From Felis catus (taxonomy: Eukaryota): a DNA stretch of 64,000 bases. This document shows positions 12,803 through 24,900 of this stretch, piece after piece. The stretch covers positions 67,332,001 through 67,396,000 of the forward strand of contig NC_058384.1 of NCBI RefSeq assembly GCF_018350175.1, given 5' to 3'. The translations under genes and the position numbers were made by a program. Positions within the stretch are counted from its first letter, which is position 1, and each line of letters opens with the position of its first letter. The notes under the pieces are model-generated. The model was not told where the DNA came from. It saw only the letters and a list, made by a program, of their open reading frames with translations, and made no database searches.

Positions 12803-15129
12803 GAGAGAGAGAAGAGAAGAGAAGGGACAGAGCTCCACACACAGACAAGCACGGTCTGCATCACCCTACCCCACTGCTGTCCTGAGCCGCCGCACAAACC
12901 CTGGGCCACTCTGCTGTCCTGCCGTGTTTCATGGCCAGGCCTGTGTGCACACAGGGAGACGCACACAGATACACCTGGACTGAGCCACGCACTGCACACA
13001 CAGCCAACTCAACAGCTCCACGGGGTTCTTTGTTCCTCAGGCCCGCGGCTAGAAGCCTGCCCGCGCCGGCCACGGAGACAGAATTCGCTTGCATCCCAGC
13101 ACTCGACAGGAATTATTTTTGGAATTATCTGCTGGTTGTTTGGGATAATCTTTTTTTCTACGAGGCCAGATCTAGAACTGGCTTTGAGTGACTCACAGTG
13201 GGTCAGGATCTCCTCCAGGGCCTGGCACATCCTAAGAGCTCAAAAGGAAGTAGTTAGCTGAAAGAAGGAATGAATGAAAATTAATTAACGAAGAGCGCAA
13301 TCTAGCCAAAGTCCACTGCGAGGAGAGAACAACAGGGCCAGAGCGCTAACATCGACTGAACACGTATCTTGAGTCAGGCACTGCGCCGGGGGCTTGTTTT
13401 TCCATTTCAGAGACGAGGAAACCAAGGCTCGGCAGCACCCGATTACTCAGGAAGCATGTCTGCCTCCAGAGGATTGCTCCGTCCTCTCACACCATGAAAC
13501 TTCGAATATGCAGTTAACTGGACACCCTCTTACTGAGCTTCTGCTCTGGGCAGGGCTGCGTGCTGGGCACTGGGGGGCCAGGGAGGGGGACAATGACAAA
13601 GAGGAAAGACAGCCCTGTCCTTTAAGGCCTTGGAGTGGAGTGGAGAGATATGCCATGCACACACCTTTCTGGTCACAGGCAGACAGTGAGGGGTGGGGTG
13701 GGGTCGGCACGGTCGTCTATTTCCAAGCAAAACTGTTTAAGTTAAGGCCTTCGGCCTGAATTCTGGAGCTGGCAGGCAGGCGGAAAGAGGAAGAGAAGGG
13801 CCCTGGACAGAGACCTAGCTTGTCCAATACAAGTGTCAGTGGAAGAGGGGAGTCCCCTGAACAAAGGAGGCCATCAGCCTCTGGGAGCAAGAGAAGGACT
13901 CAGCAAAACCCCGCCCCATGAAAACTCTGTCACCTGGGCAGTCTGGTGGTCCCCACTGTGGGTGGACATACCCCAGACCATCTGCAGGCACACGGTCCTG
14001 CGCGTGACCCAAGTGCCACTCACGCACGCACCCTGCCCTCCAGGGGCACACGGTCACGTTGGCCTCTCCTGCCTCGGTTATCTGTCTGGAGTCTCAGTGG
14101 GACCCTGAGGGCGACACGTGGCGCATTAACACACCCAGGGCGGCGGGGGGAGGGGGGAGCTGACTTGTCTTTGTCGGCTCGGTGAGGTGGGTCCAGCAGG
14201 GGCCTCCGCCTCCCCTGCCCCACTCCTTAGTCTACCCTTCCTGTTCAGCGGCTGCCCCCTCCCCGCACACACACACACTTGTTTCTGTCCTTTGTTTTCC
14301 ACCCGGGGCCAAATCCCCGGGGCTTCTTTGGTCATTAACCTCCTGCTTTAATTAGCTTAGTGGGGAAGCAGAGCAAATTCAGGGGTGGGTGTCAAGGGGG
14401 AATCTCATTTCGGTGGGGACAGGAAGGCTCGGAGCAGCTGGTGACAAAAATGCCTGGCACACAATAAGTCCTATACAAGTGTGTGCTATTTCTATTAATG
14501 TGAAAAACAGTCACCTGGTCCACAGAGCAGGAGCCTCCCCCCACGAGAGGGCCCCACGGGCCCCCAGGAGCACAGGTGGCCCAATCCACGTTCCTGGGGC
14601 AGAAGGAGAGGGGACAAGAGCCTACCTCTCCACTCCCTCTGCCGCTCAAGCCCTAAAGCTTGCTGTTAATGTTCAGTCAAATCCCCAGCGCAGGGGGTAC
14701 CAACTCTGGGGCCCTCCAGGGGTGCCTGGCCACGGTTCCCCTCCCTTTGATCTTCTGCTGAACAAGAGCCCTGCCCCTCCTGGGATCCTCCACTCTGGCC
14801 CCCAGCCTCCTGCTGTTCAAATCTCCTCTTTCCAAGAACCAGCTGAGGGAACTGGGCTTCACCGCCCGGCCCTCAAGGCCTCACAGTGGCAGCTCTGTGA
14901 GGTCACCTCATCTCTCTGTTCCCCGCCTCCAGGCAGGACTTTACCTCACAACCCAGTTCAGAGTTTGGGTTTCCAAGGCCCTGCAGAAAAGGACACCTTC
15001 CCACTGTAGCTCACCCCCACCCATTCTCACGAAACGATTTTGGGAAGTTCTTCTGAAAGTCCAACCTCAAGCCCTCGGGCTGCAGTGCACCCCTCTCTCC
15101 CCTTGAGAAGGGCCCAGGCATAAGAAGGG

Positions 15130-16503
15130 AGACAAAAGAAATGCTGGAGAGGCGGCGTAGGGAGGGAAAAGGTCGCAGTACACCCCGACTTGCCCCAACT
15201 CCCTCTAGAAGTACCCAGCTGTCCAATTCACGCCTTAAAAACTTATTTTTACTTTCACCGAACGTCCAGAGTGCAAGGAGCCGAATTAACGGGCCCGGGG
15301 GTGGGGGTGGGGGCAAGTGCAATGACGGCGGAGGCCGGAGAACAGATCACCCCCAAGGCGTCTGCGGGGCCCGGGCCCGAAGGAAGTTCGGGTCCCGAGC
15401 GCACCCCGTCTCTCCTCCCTCCTTGGGTCGCGCCCGAAGCCCGGGGCTGTCCCCCGAAACTGTTAAGTCACATCTCGCCTCCAAGCCTTCGCCTGCCTCC
15501 CCGCTCGCTGCCCTCCGCCCCCCCCTCCCGCCCCGCGCCCCGCCGCCGCTCGGAAGGACCAGAACTAACTCACCTCCCAGTCGCCGCCGCTCAGATCTCC
15601 GAGCCTGGGGGGGAGGGGGGGAACGGGAGGGCACGGGGGGGGGGGTGGTGGCTGGCCGCTCGGCGGGGCGGGGGGGGGGGGCGGTGAGCGGACCCCGGCT
15701 TTGGCCAGGGGGTCCCGCCCTCCGGCCCATCCCGGCCTCCTCGGCGCGCACGGCCCGGCGGCGCCCGCATCGCGCTGCGGGCTTTGTCTGCTCTGCGGAG
15801 AGGCTGTCTCCGCGGCCCGCAGCCGGGACGACTCCGCGGGAGGGAGGGGCGCCGAGGCAGCGCGCGGGGAGGGGGCGCGGCCAGGGAGGGGGCCGCGGCG
15901 ACCCGGCCGGGCCGCTCCCGCCCCCTCGCCCCCCTCATTACCATAAGAAAGGGGGACACCCCACCCCCCACCCCCCCGGCCGGCCCGGACGAGGCGGGGG
16001 CGGGTGGCGAGCCCGTCTGGGGAGGGGGCGCTCCGTCAGCCTTTTCCGACCCGCTCCGGTTCCGTCCCCCGCGCGCGCCCCTCCCTCGGGGAAACCAGGG
16101 ACCTCGACTTCCACCACCCCCACCCCCCACCCCGCTGCGCCCCGGAGCCGGGCTGGAGACCGGAGGCACGTCCCCATCCTCCGCGGGGCGAGGAGCCCGA
16201 GCCCGCGCCCCCGAGGGCGGGAAACTACAACTCCCGGCATGCCCCGGGCGCCCCCGCGCCCCCCCGCAGTTCCATGCTGCTCCATCCAGTTCATTTAAAA
16301 CAAAAGAGTTTGAGCGCTGGAAGGGGCTGGGCTCGACTGGGGGCCACTGGGCGCCGCTCCCGGACCGGGGCTCGGTGCGGGAGCCTGAGGGGGGCGTCTG
16401 GACGGCGGGGTCTAGAGCCGCCCGGGTCCGAGGCGGGAGGGGTGGGGGCAGAGATCCCGCAGCCCCCCGCCCCCCGTCACCCCCGGAGCGGAGACGAGAG
16501 CGG
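15130..16503. promoter_or_regulatory. CpG island, MEX3A promoter (probably shared head-to-head with distal LMNA non-coding exons)
   Basis: Very GC- and CpG-dense. ZNF143/SBS-type motif ACTACAACTCCCGGCATGCCCC at 16224. Runs into the N-gap that must hold MEX3A exon 1. Confidence 0.85.
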
Positions 16504-17225
16504 NNNNNNNNNNNNNNNNNNNNNNNNNNNNNNNNNNNNNNNNNNNNNNNNNNNNNNNNNNNNNNNNNNNNNNNNNNNNNNNNNNNNNNNNNNNNNNNNN
16601 NNNNNNNNNNNNNNNNNNNNNNNNNNNNNNNNNNNNNNNNNNNNNNNNNNNNNNNNNNNNNNNNNNNNNNNNNNNNNNNNNNNNNNNNNNNNNNNNNNNN
16701 NNNNNNNNNNNNNNNNNNNNNNNNNNNNNNNNNNNNNNNNNNNNNNNNNNNNNNNNNNNNNNNNNNNNNNNNNNNNNNNNNNNNNNNNNNNNNNNNNNNN
16801 NNNNNNNNNNNNNNNNNNNNNNNNNNNNNNNNNNNNNNNNNNNNNNNNNNNNNNNNNNNNNNNNNNNNNNNNNNNNNNNNNNNNNNNNNNNNNNNNNNNN
16901 NNNNNNNNNNNNNNNNNNNNNNNNNNNNNNNNNNNNNNNNNNNNNNNNNNNNNNNNNNNNNNNNNNNNNNNNNNNNNNNNNNNNNNNNNNNNNNNNNNNN
17001 NNNNNNNNNNNNNNNNNNNNNNNNNNNNNNNNNNNNNNNNNNNNNNNNNNNNNNNNNNNNNNNNNNNNNNNNNNNNNNNNNNNNNNNNNNNNNNNNNNNN
17101 NNNNNNNNNNNNNNNNNNNNNNNNNNNNNNNNNNNNNNNNNNNNNNNNNNNNNNNNNNNNNNNNNNNNNNNNNNNNNNNNNNNNNNNNNNNNNNNNNNNN
17201 NNNNNNNNNNNNNNNNNNNNNNNNN
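16504..17225 (+). other. MEX3A: Assembly gap expected to contain MEX3A coding exon 1
   Basis: 722 N between the CpG island and intron-like sequence. Exon 2 begins in phase 1 inside KH1, so an upstream coding exon is required and is not visible elsewhere. Confidence 0.75.
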
Positions 17226-20200
17226 GGAGACGGACTGGAGTGGGGGGCACCCCATCCCAGCACGGAAAGTTCATTTCCTCTCTCCTTGCCCGCCTCTGGC
17301 TCTGTCCCTTCCCCACAAAGGGGGACCCGCCCCCTACCCCGATTTCCAAGTGCCACAAAGTTCCCTGCCACCCCCAGTCGGGACTGTTCTTCGGATCCTT
17401 CCTTCCCCAGGGCTCTCTGCCTTTAGACAAAGAAATAGCCTCTCACGGAGAGAGGGAAAAGGGAGGGGGATCGGTCTCCCAATCCTGGGAGGCTGTCCGG
17501 AGGGGATGTCCACTCCTAGCCGGAAAAACTGGAGGAATGCGCAAAGAGTTGCTCAGAAGCCCCTGCTCCGGGATCTGCTCGTGGGCTGGGGAGGGGGCAC
17601 CCCTGGGACCCCCTACAGCTGGAGTTACAGACTTTGGGGGAGACCTGGCCCGGGAAGCCAGACTGAGTATCTGTCTCTTTGTTGGGCTGAGTGCAGGAAT
17701 GGAAGGGGGTGTGGCTCATGGGAGGGTCCCAGCCCAGGGGAGAAGTGGGGAGGGGGGCTGCTGGGAGGAGGGAGTCCTGTGGTCACCCACACACCAGAGT
17801 TGAAGGATCTGTGGGGTTTTGGAAGGGGTGCCTCCAACGAAGTGCCACGTCCTGGCGTGGACCTGTCCTCATCCCTCTCAGGCTTTTGTTCTGGGCTGGC
17901 CACGGCCAGGGGCCAGAGGCCTGGAGAGGGGTCTCTGGTAGTGTGAGAGTAGGACAGGGCAGGAGGGGGCCTGCAGGGGGGGTGGTGAGAAACCTTCGGG
18001 CGGAGGTTCGGTTGGAGGGCGTGCGCCTGGGTGTGTTGTTGGGGTGGGGGGTGTAGAATTAATCCAGTGTGGTGTGTCTGATACCACACCCTCCTCAGCT
18101 CCAGCATCCCTGGGCGGGTGGGGGTGGGAGTGTTGGTGAGGGTCCAGACTGAGCAGACGGGATCTTGGGGACCCTTCCCTCTCCCGGTTTCCCAAAGGGG
18201 AGTGGGGGGGGCGGGATTTGGAAATTGCAAGGGGGCTGGGCTGGGAGGTAGGGGTGGGGGAGGAGCAGGGGAGGAGCTGTCCCACAGTGGGGAACAATAG
18301 AGGAGCTGCTTTCCGGCTGGGAGTGAGGGAGGAGGCCGGCTGCGGGCAGGGGAGGAGGGGAGACCAGCCTGGGGGGGGGCTGCCTACCGGTACACCCCAC
18401 CTCATCCACCCGAACTGCTTGGGGGTTGGGGGCATTTTGCAGGGCGATCCAGAATGGAGGAGGGAAGATGCCACTCCCCTGCACAGCCCTCACCACCCCC
18501 CCCCCCCCCCCCCCGGGCGCTCCATCTCGAGATTCCTGGTTCAAAAAGTTGGATTTCCTCTTGTTGCCAGAAACTAGGGACCCCGAGCCCTGGAATTGGG
18601 TGGGGACACTGATAGCTCTCCCTGGATGCGGGGGTGGTCTTGGGAGGGCCCGGGATTTCATGGAGTCATCTGCCTCTGCAGCAGACGGATGGACCTGTCT
18701 CTCAGAAAAGTAGGGGGATCTCTCCTATTCGGGGAAGAGCAGCCCCCCTCACCCCTGAAGCACGTGGAAGTCCTCCCTCTTGTCTAGCCCCCCTCCCTGG
18801 GCCGCAGCGCCAGGACTCCTCTTTTTGACCTCTAGAAAGGTGAAGCCCCGTGGTCTTCCCTTCCAGAGATGCTTCTTCGGTGTTCCAAAGCCCAGGATCC
18901 CGTCCACCAGCTCTGCACCTCCGGGCCCCCAGCTTTCTTCTTACTCTCCTGCCCTGGCCTGTCTGCCCCACCCCCACCCCCCACCCCGAAAGATACCCCA
19001 TTGCTTCAGCTAATGGACCTAGAACTCAGAGCCCCCGGGTGCCCAGCAGACGCCATGTGAGTGGAAGTTGTAGGAGAGGGAGTCACTGCTCCTCACACCT
19101 CCAGGCCTCACAGAAAGGAGGACCAGCATTTACTGATATTAGAGCAGCGAGGATGTGGGCTTGACAACAGGTAGGACTTCTCAACTGCCAAGAGGCCTGA
19201 AGACAAGAAGGGAGGAGCCAGTTCTCCTTCCCGAGGTCTCTTGAAGGTGAGGAGCACTGCCCTCAACGCACCCCATCCTCCCCCCTGCCCAATCTGGTGG
19301 GGCTGGAGAAGAAGCCACCTGGAGAGAAGGGAGGAGAGAAAGCCCCCCCCCCCCAGCTGCCCTCAGGCCCGTGGCTGGAGGGCTGGGGCCCAATGGGAGA
19401 GCTAGGACCGCTGGCATGGGTTTTGGGGGGAATAGGGCACGTGGTGGGGGCTAGAAGAAAGAGCACAGTATGTACCTGCAGAGCGGTGGGGACGTGTCTC
19501 CATGTGCGCGGGGGGCAAAAGTTGTGGGCGTGCAGAGGAATGTGCTGTTTGAGGGCTGCGGGTGATGGAGATGGGAGAGCAGGGTGTGCGAGAGGTTCAG
19601 ACACAAGCAGTCCGTGTGTGAGTGTGAGTGTGCACTGCGTTTGCACCACGAGTCGTGTTTAGATAAAGGCACACGGTGCATCACGGCTCTTAGGTCCATG
19701 TGTGTGCAAACTCACACGCGTGTGGCATGTGTGCTTCGAGGAAGCACGTGAGCCTGGCTGCGTGTGAAGCCAGGGGGCAGAGAGACAGAACTTGGGAAAG
19801 AGGAGAGAGGCTTGGCCTGTCAGCCATCAGGGGGCTGCGGCCTTCAGAGATGCTGTGTCCACGCCAGCCTCCTGGACCCTTCTCTTCCCCTTCGCTGTCT
19901 TTGTCTCTCTTTGTCTCGGCTCTCCTCTTTCTCTTCCTGCCTCTCCCCCCAATCTCCCAGCTTTAACCCCCTCCACTTCAGAGCGTCAGTGTGGGTGCAG
20001 AATACCTTGTCTGTCACCTCCTCAACGCCCAGCCCATCTCAGCGCTCCTGCCCCCAGGGGACAGTGTGGCTGGAGTGTCCATGGGCTCGGGTGCTGTCCC
20101 TCACACGTCATTATTTTTATCTTCATACTTCTTTCCCTCTTGAAACTGATTCTCAGACCCTTCCCAGTCTCCCACACTCCACTGGTTGCTGCAGACGTGC

Positions 20201-20800
20201 TATGAATTTGGGACCCTCTGAGACGCACTAATGGGTGGAAGGCACAGGTCGGGGGGGGGGGGGCGGGTGATCATAGATCACAGAGCAAATGGGTGTCAGT
20301 GGTCCCTGAGTAGACTGGAGGACACGATTAATGAATGGAGGTCAAGTCGGGAGATTGTGGGGTTACCGAGCACTTCGGTGCCCTACAAGGTCAGTGTCAG
20401 CCTTGGGGGTGCGGTGGTGTGATTAAGTGACCTGGAAGTTTGTGAGCAGTCAGGAATCAGTGGAGACATTGAGGGAACAGTACGTGGTTGGGCGGAGTTA
20501 GCAGATTTGAGGTTAGCAGCTTGTCCGGGAGGGTCCGTGATTATCTCCCGGTTTCAAGAAGTGATTGAATTTGGAGGGTCCTGGCTGGAATCCGAGCGAA
20601 CAGTTGGTACATTTTGAAATCTGTGGTGGATAGAAGCGTTGGGGAGACCCGAGACGGGGGACGGTGGAAGGCAGGGGGCATTCGCACCTGGGGGCCTGGG
20701 TCTGAGTAAGGATCAGGAGCCGACTGGCCCCAGCACAGACCTTCTTGCCCTGTGAGTTTCCTTCTCTCTCCCCTCCCCACCCCCCCACCCCCCATCCCAG

Positions 20801-21909
20801 GCTGCAAGATTAAGGCTCTGAGGGCCAAGACCAACACGTACATCAAGACCCCGGTGCGCGGCGAAGAGCCCGTGTTCATGGTGACCGGGCGGCGGGAGGA
20901 CGTGGCCACAGCCCGACGGGAAATCATCTCGGCGGCCGAGCACTTCTCCATGATCCGCGCCTCCCGCAACAAGTCGGGCGCCGCCTTCGGCGTGGCGCCG
21001 GCCCTGCCGGGCCAGGTGACCATTCGCGTGCGGGTGCCCTACCGCGTGGTGGGGCTGGTGGTGGGCCCCAAGGGGGCAACCATCAAGCGCATCCAGCAGC
21101 AGACCAACACGTACATCATCACGCCGAGCCGCGACCGCGACCCGGTGTTCGAGATCACGGGCGCCCCGGGGAACGTGGAGCGCGCGCGCGAGGAGATCGA
21201 GACGCACATCGCGGTGCGCACGGGCAAGATCCTCGAGTACAACAACGAGAACGACTTCCTGGCGGGGAGCCCCGACGCCGGCCTGGACAGCCGCTACTCC
21301 GAGGCCTGGCGGGTGCACCCGCCCGGCTGCAAGCCGCTCTCCACCTTCCGCCAGAACAGCCTGGGCTGCATCGGCGAGTGCGCGGTGGACTCCGGCTTCG
21401 AGGCCCCGCGCCTGGGCGAGCAGGGCGGGGACTTCGGCTACGGCGGCTACCTGTTCCCGGGCTACGGCGTGGGCAAGCAGGACGTGTACTACGGCGTGGC
21501 CGAGACCAGCCCCCCGCTCTGGGCGGGCCAGGAGAACGCCACGCCCACCTCGGTGCTCTTCTCCTCCGCCTCCTCGTCGTCGTCGTCGTCCGCCAAGGCC
21601 CGCGCCGCGCCGCCGGGGGCGCACCGCTCGCCCGCCGCCTCCTCCGCGGGGCCCGAGCTGGCCGGACTGCCCAGACGCCCGCCGGGAGAGCCGCTGCAGG
21701 GCTTCTCCAAACTGGGGGGCGGCCTGCGGAGCCCCGGCGGCGGGCGGGACTGCATGGTGTGCTTCGAGAGCGAGGTGACTGCCGCCCTCGTGCCCTGCGG
21801 ACACAACCTGTTCTGCATGGAGTGTGCAGTACGCATCTGCGAGAGGACGGACCCGGAGTGTCCCGTCTGCCACATCACGGCCACGCAAGCCATCCGAATA
21901 TTCTCCTAA
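20801..21909 (+). CDS. MEX3A: MEX3A exon 2: RNA-binding E3 ligase with KH domains and C-terminal RING
   Basis: Acceptor catcccag|GC TGC AAG. KH sequence [18 protein letters not shown] and [26 protein letters not shown]...[11 protein letters not shown]...CPVC. Ends RIFS-TAA. Confidence 0.98.
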
Positions 21910-24900
21910 GCCCCCTGCCCCAGGCCTCCTGCGTCCCTCCCCAGGGGCCCGCCCTGGATCTGTTTTCCACCGGGGCCTTTTGGAAATCAGTGGTCTGAGG
22001 GGCAAGGTGCTTAGAGATACTCGCTCCGTGGGGAGGGGGAGGGGAGGCGATGGTGGCTGAGGAGGGGTAGGCCACTTTCAGAGCCTCTGGTCACCCCAGT
22101 CCTGGAATGGTGGGGAGGGGGCCAGGCAGGAGATTTTACTAGAGTTACAACTCTGATACCTCAACACACCCTTCAATCTGGAAGCAGCTAAGAGAAACTT
22201 TTGTTTTGCCGGAGGTGACCGTTAAGGCACCCTGACCCCCTCTGTCCACCTCCCCATCTGCATCACACTGCCCCTCCCTCTGCGGAGGGGATGGGGAAAG
22301 GGAGGGGGACAGGTTCCATCTGTATCTAGAGGTGCTCTTTCCAATCCTCAAGCCCTCTCTGGCCCTGACCTTTGACCTCCCAACATGACCCTTTAGACCC
22401 TCCACTGCCATATCCTGTTTGGGAATCTGTTCCTGGGTTTCCAATGGTACAAGGGGGTTGGGGCCCTTTCAGAAGTCTGCACAGATATTCCGGGCGGGGG
22501 GGGGTGGGGGGAAGCATGTCAATCTATAAAGGGCTCAGAGCTCATCTCCCCGACAGAGCTGGGTGCAGGGGTCTGGAGAGAGAGCTCCTCTCTGCCCCTC
22601 CGGCTCCCCGCCCCCACCTTCCCTCCATTGGGCTCTCCCTTCCCTTTACTGTTTCCACCGGCTCTCCTCTTCGCTTCCCCTTGATGGCTGCCCTTCCCAG
22701 CCCTGTCCTCCTCCCCTCTCTTCCCTTCTCCCCCTCCCTCCTGCCCCTTCTAGCCCAGCTTTGGGTTCACCACCTCCCCTGGGGAGAAATAGGGGAGAAG
22801 AGCATTTGGATGGACCCCCCCACCCCCATTTAATTCCTCTTCTGGCATTCGGAGGCCCTCCCCACTCCAAAGAAACACCTCTCATTCTTGATGGAATGTA
22901 TCCCCATTCTCAGTGACAATTTGAGGAGGGAACGAATACTGGGGTACATCAAGGGTCGAACCCCCGCCTCTACCGTCTTTGGGCATTGCATTTGGGGAGC
23001 GGTTCTCGGGCTGGATTTTCTAGCGGCCGGCAGTGGTGGAGAGCCAGGGTCGTGTGTGTGTCTGCTGTTCAAGGGGACAGGAAGGAGCCTGAGGCTGGTG
23101 GATGGAAGGGCCCCCCTCTCCCCCTGCAGCTCCCACCCCTGCGCCCCTCTCTGGGCCTTACCCGAACCCCTATCAGCGGGCGAATCATGAAGTCTCTGTC
23201 CCACCCATTGTGGCTGAGGAGAGAGGCTGGGTCTTCAGAGAGAGCTCAGTCCCAGGCCGGTCGGGATTGTGGTGCCGCAGGGCCCCATATTGCTAACAGG
23301 CCTTGCATCGCCCCTCCACTGCTTCCCTGAGGCTCACTTGGGGCTGCCACCAGCCTGCCACCCTCCTGGTTCCGCTGGCCGGGCCAGGAGAGGGTGGGGG
23401 ATGGGAGTCCCAGGAGATTCTTGTATATAGTGGGGTGGGACTCTTCCAAGTGATCTCTGAGCACTTAGCTCGGGAATCCCATTCTATCTGATGGAGAGGG
23501 AGTGCAGGGATGGACGTACAGGGGGGATTTCCTCCTCTCCTTCCTCCTGTTGTGAATTAACTCACCTCTCCTCGGCCTACCCCTCCAGACCACCAGCCAG
23601 GGAGGGGAGAGGAAGGAGGTCACAGTCAGGAAAACTGGCCGCTGACAACTTCCCTCCTTCCCGCCAATGTGAGCCATCCTGAGATGTCTGTACAATAGAA
23701 ACCAAACCAAATGGGCACCCCCGGTCGCCGAGGGGGGGTGGGGAGGGGGGTGGGAAGAAGGGATGTCTGTCTGTCGATCCCCCTCCCCCTCTCCACCTCT
23801 TACCCACAAAGGCAGAAGACTGTTACTCTAGGGGGCTCGGAAAATTCAATCCCACCCTTACTAATTGAGCCAAACCTAGAAACCAACGCAAAAACACATA
23901 GTGAGAGACAAAACAGAGGAGAGAAAGCGTGAGAGGGAGCGAGATAGNNNNNNNNNNNNNNNNNNNNNNNNNNNNNNNNNNNNNNNNNNNNNNNNNNNNN
24001 NNNNNNNNNNNNNNNNNNNNNNNNNNNNNNNNNNNNNNNNNNNNNNNNNNNNNNNNNNNNNNNNNNNNNNNNNNNNNNNNNNNNNNNNNNNNNNNNNNNN
24101 NNNNNNNNNNNNNNNNNNNNNNNNNNNNNNNNNNNNNNNNNNNNNNNNNNNNNNNNNNNNNNNNNNNNNNNNNNNNNNNNNNNNNNNNNNNNNNNNNNNN
24201 NNNNNNNNNNNNNNNNNNNNNNNNNNNNNNNNNNNNNNNNNNNNNNNNNNNNNNNNNNNNNNNNNNNNNNNNNNNNNNNNNNNNNNNNNCCTTTTTTCCC
24301 CCACTTTTTTTTGGGGAGGAATGTCATTTGCTTTTCGTGGGGAGCATCCTGGGATGTGTGGTGGAGACAGGGGCTGGGGGAACCTGGTCCTTCTGGGGCC
24401 CCACAAGTAGATTGGATTTCACTCCATGGGCCCCCTCCCCGCTCCCCTCCCCCTCGGGGGAGCTGGCAGAGCCAAACAAAGCAAGGGATTAACGAGAAAG
24501 GAAGACGCACTAGGACTGAGGATCCTGGGCTGCCCCCCCCCCTTCCCCTGCCCTGTCCCAGGGGCGAGTGAGGAGGGGGAAGTCCAGAGCTGAGGCCTTG
24601 CAGGCCTGCGGGAACCCTCAGAGAGNNNNNNNNNNNNNNNNNNNNNNNNNNNNNNNNNNNNNNNNNNNNNNNNNNNNNNNNNNNNNNNNNNNNNNNNNNN
24701 NNNNNNNNNNNNNNNNNNNNNNNNNNNNNNNNNNNNNNNNNNNNNNNNNNNNNNNNNNNNNNNNNNNNNNNNNNNNNNNNNNNNNNNNNNNNNNNNNNNN
24801 NNNNNNNNNNGAATTACTAGTTACTTAGTAGACAATATTCAGATAGCTTAAAGTTTAGTAGCATTGAGGGCCCCTGGGTCCAGTAGAATGTATAAAAGTT

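Noticed and set aside
1-15000. Many 60-230 aa ORFs in the left intergenic region
   Set aside because: No domain similarity, codon bias or phase-consistent exon chain. Typical of GC-rich DNA with MIR and SINE relics.
15141-17946. Very long ORFs (385-720 aa) over the MEX3A promoter
   Set aside because: Low-complexity P/G/R/A translations of a CpG island, several inflated by N runs.
20713-22005. 430-aa minus-strand ORF
   Set aside because: Antisense shadow of the GC3-rich MEX3A exon 2, with no independent splice or domain signal.
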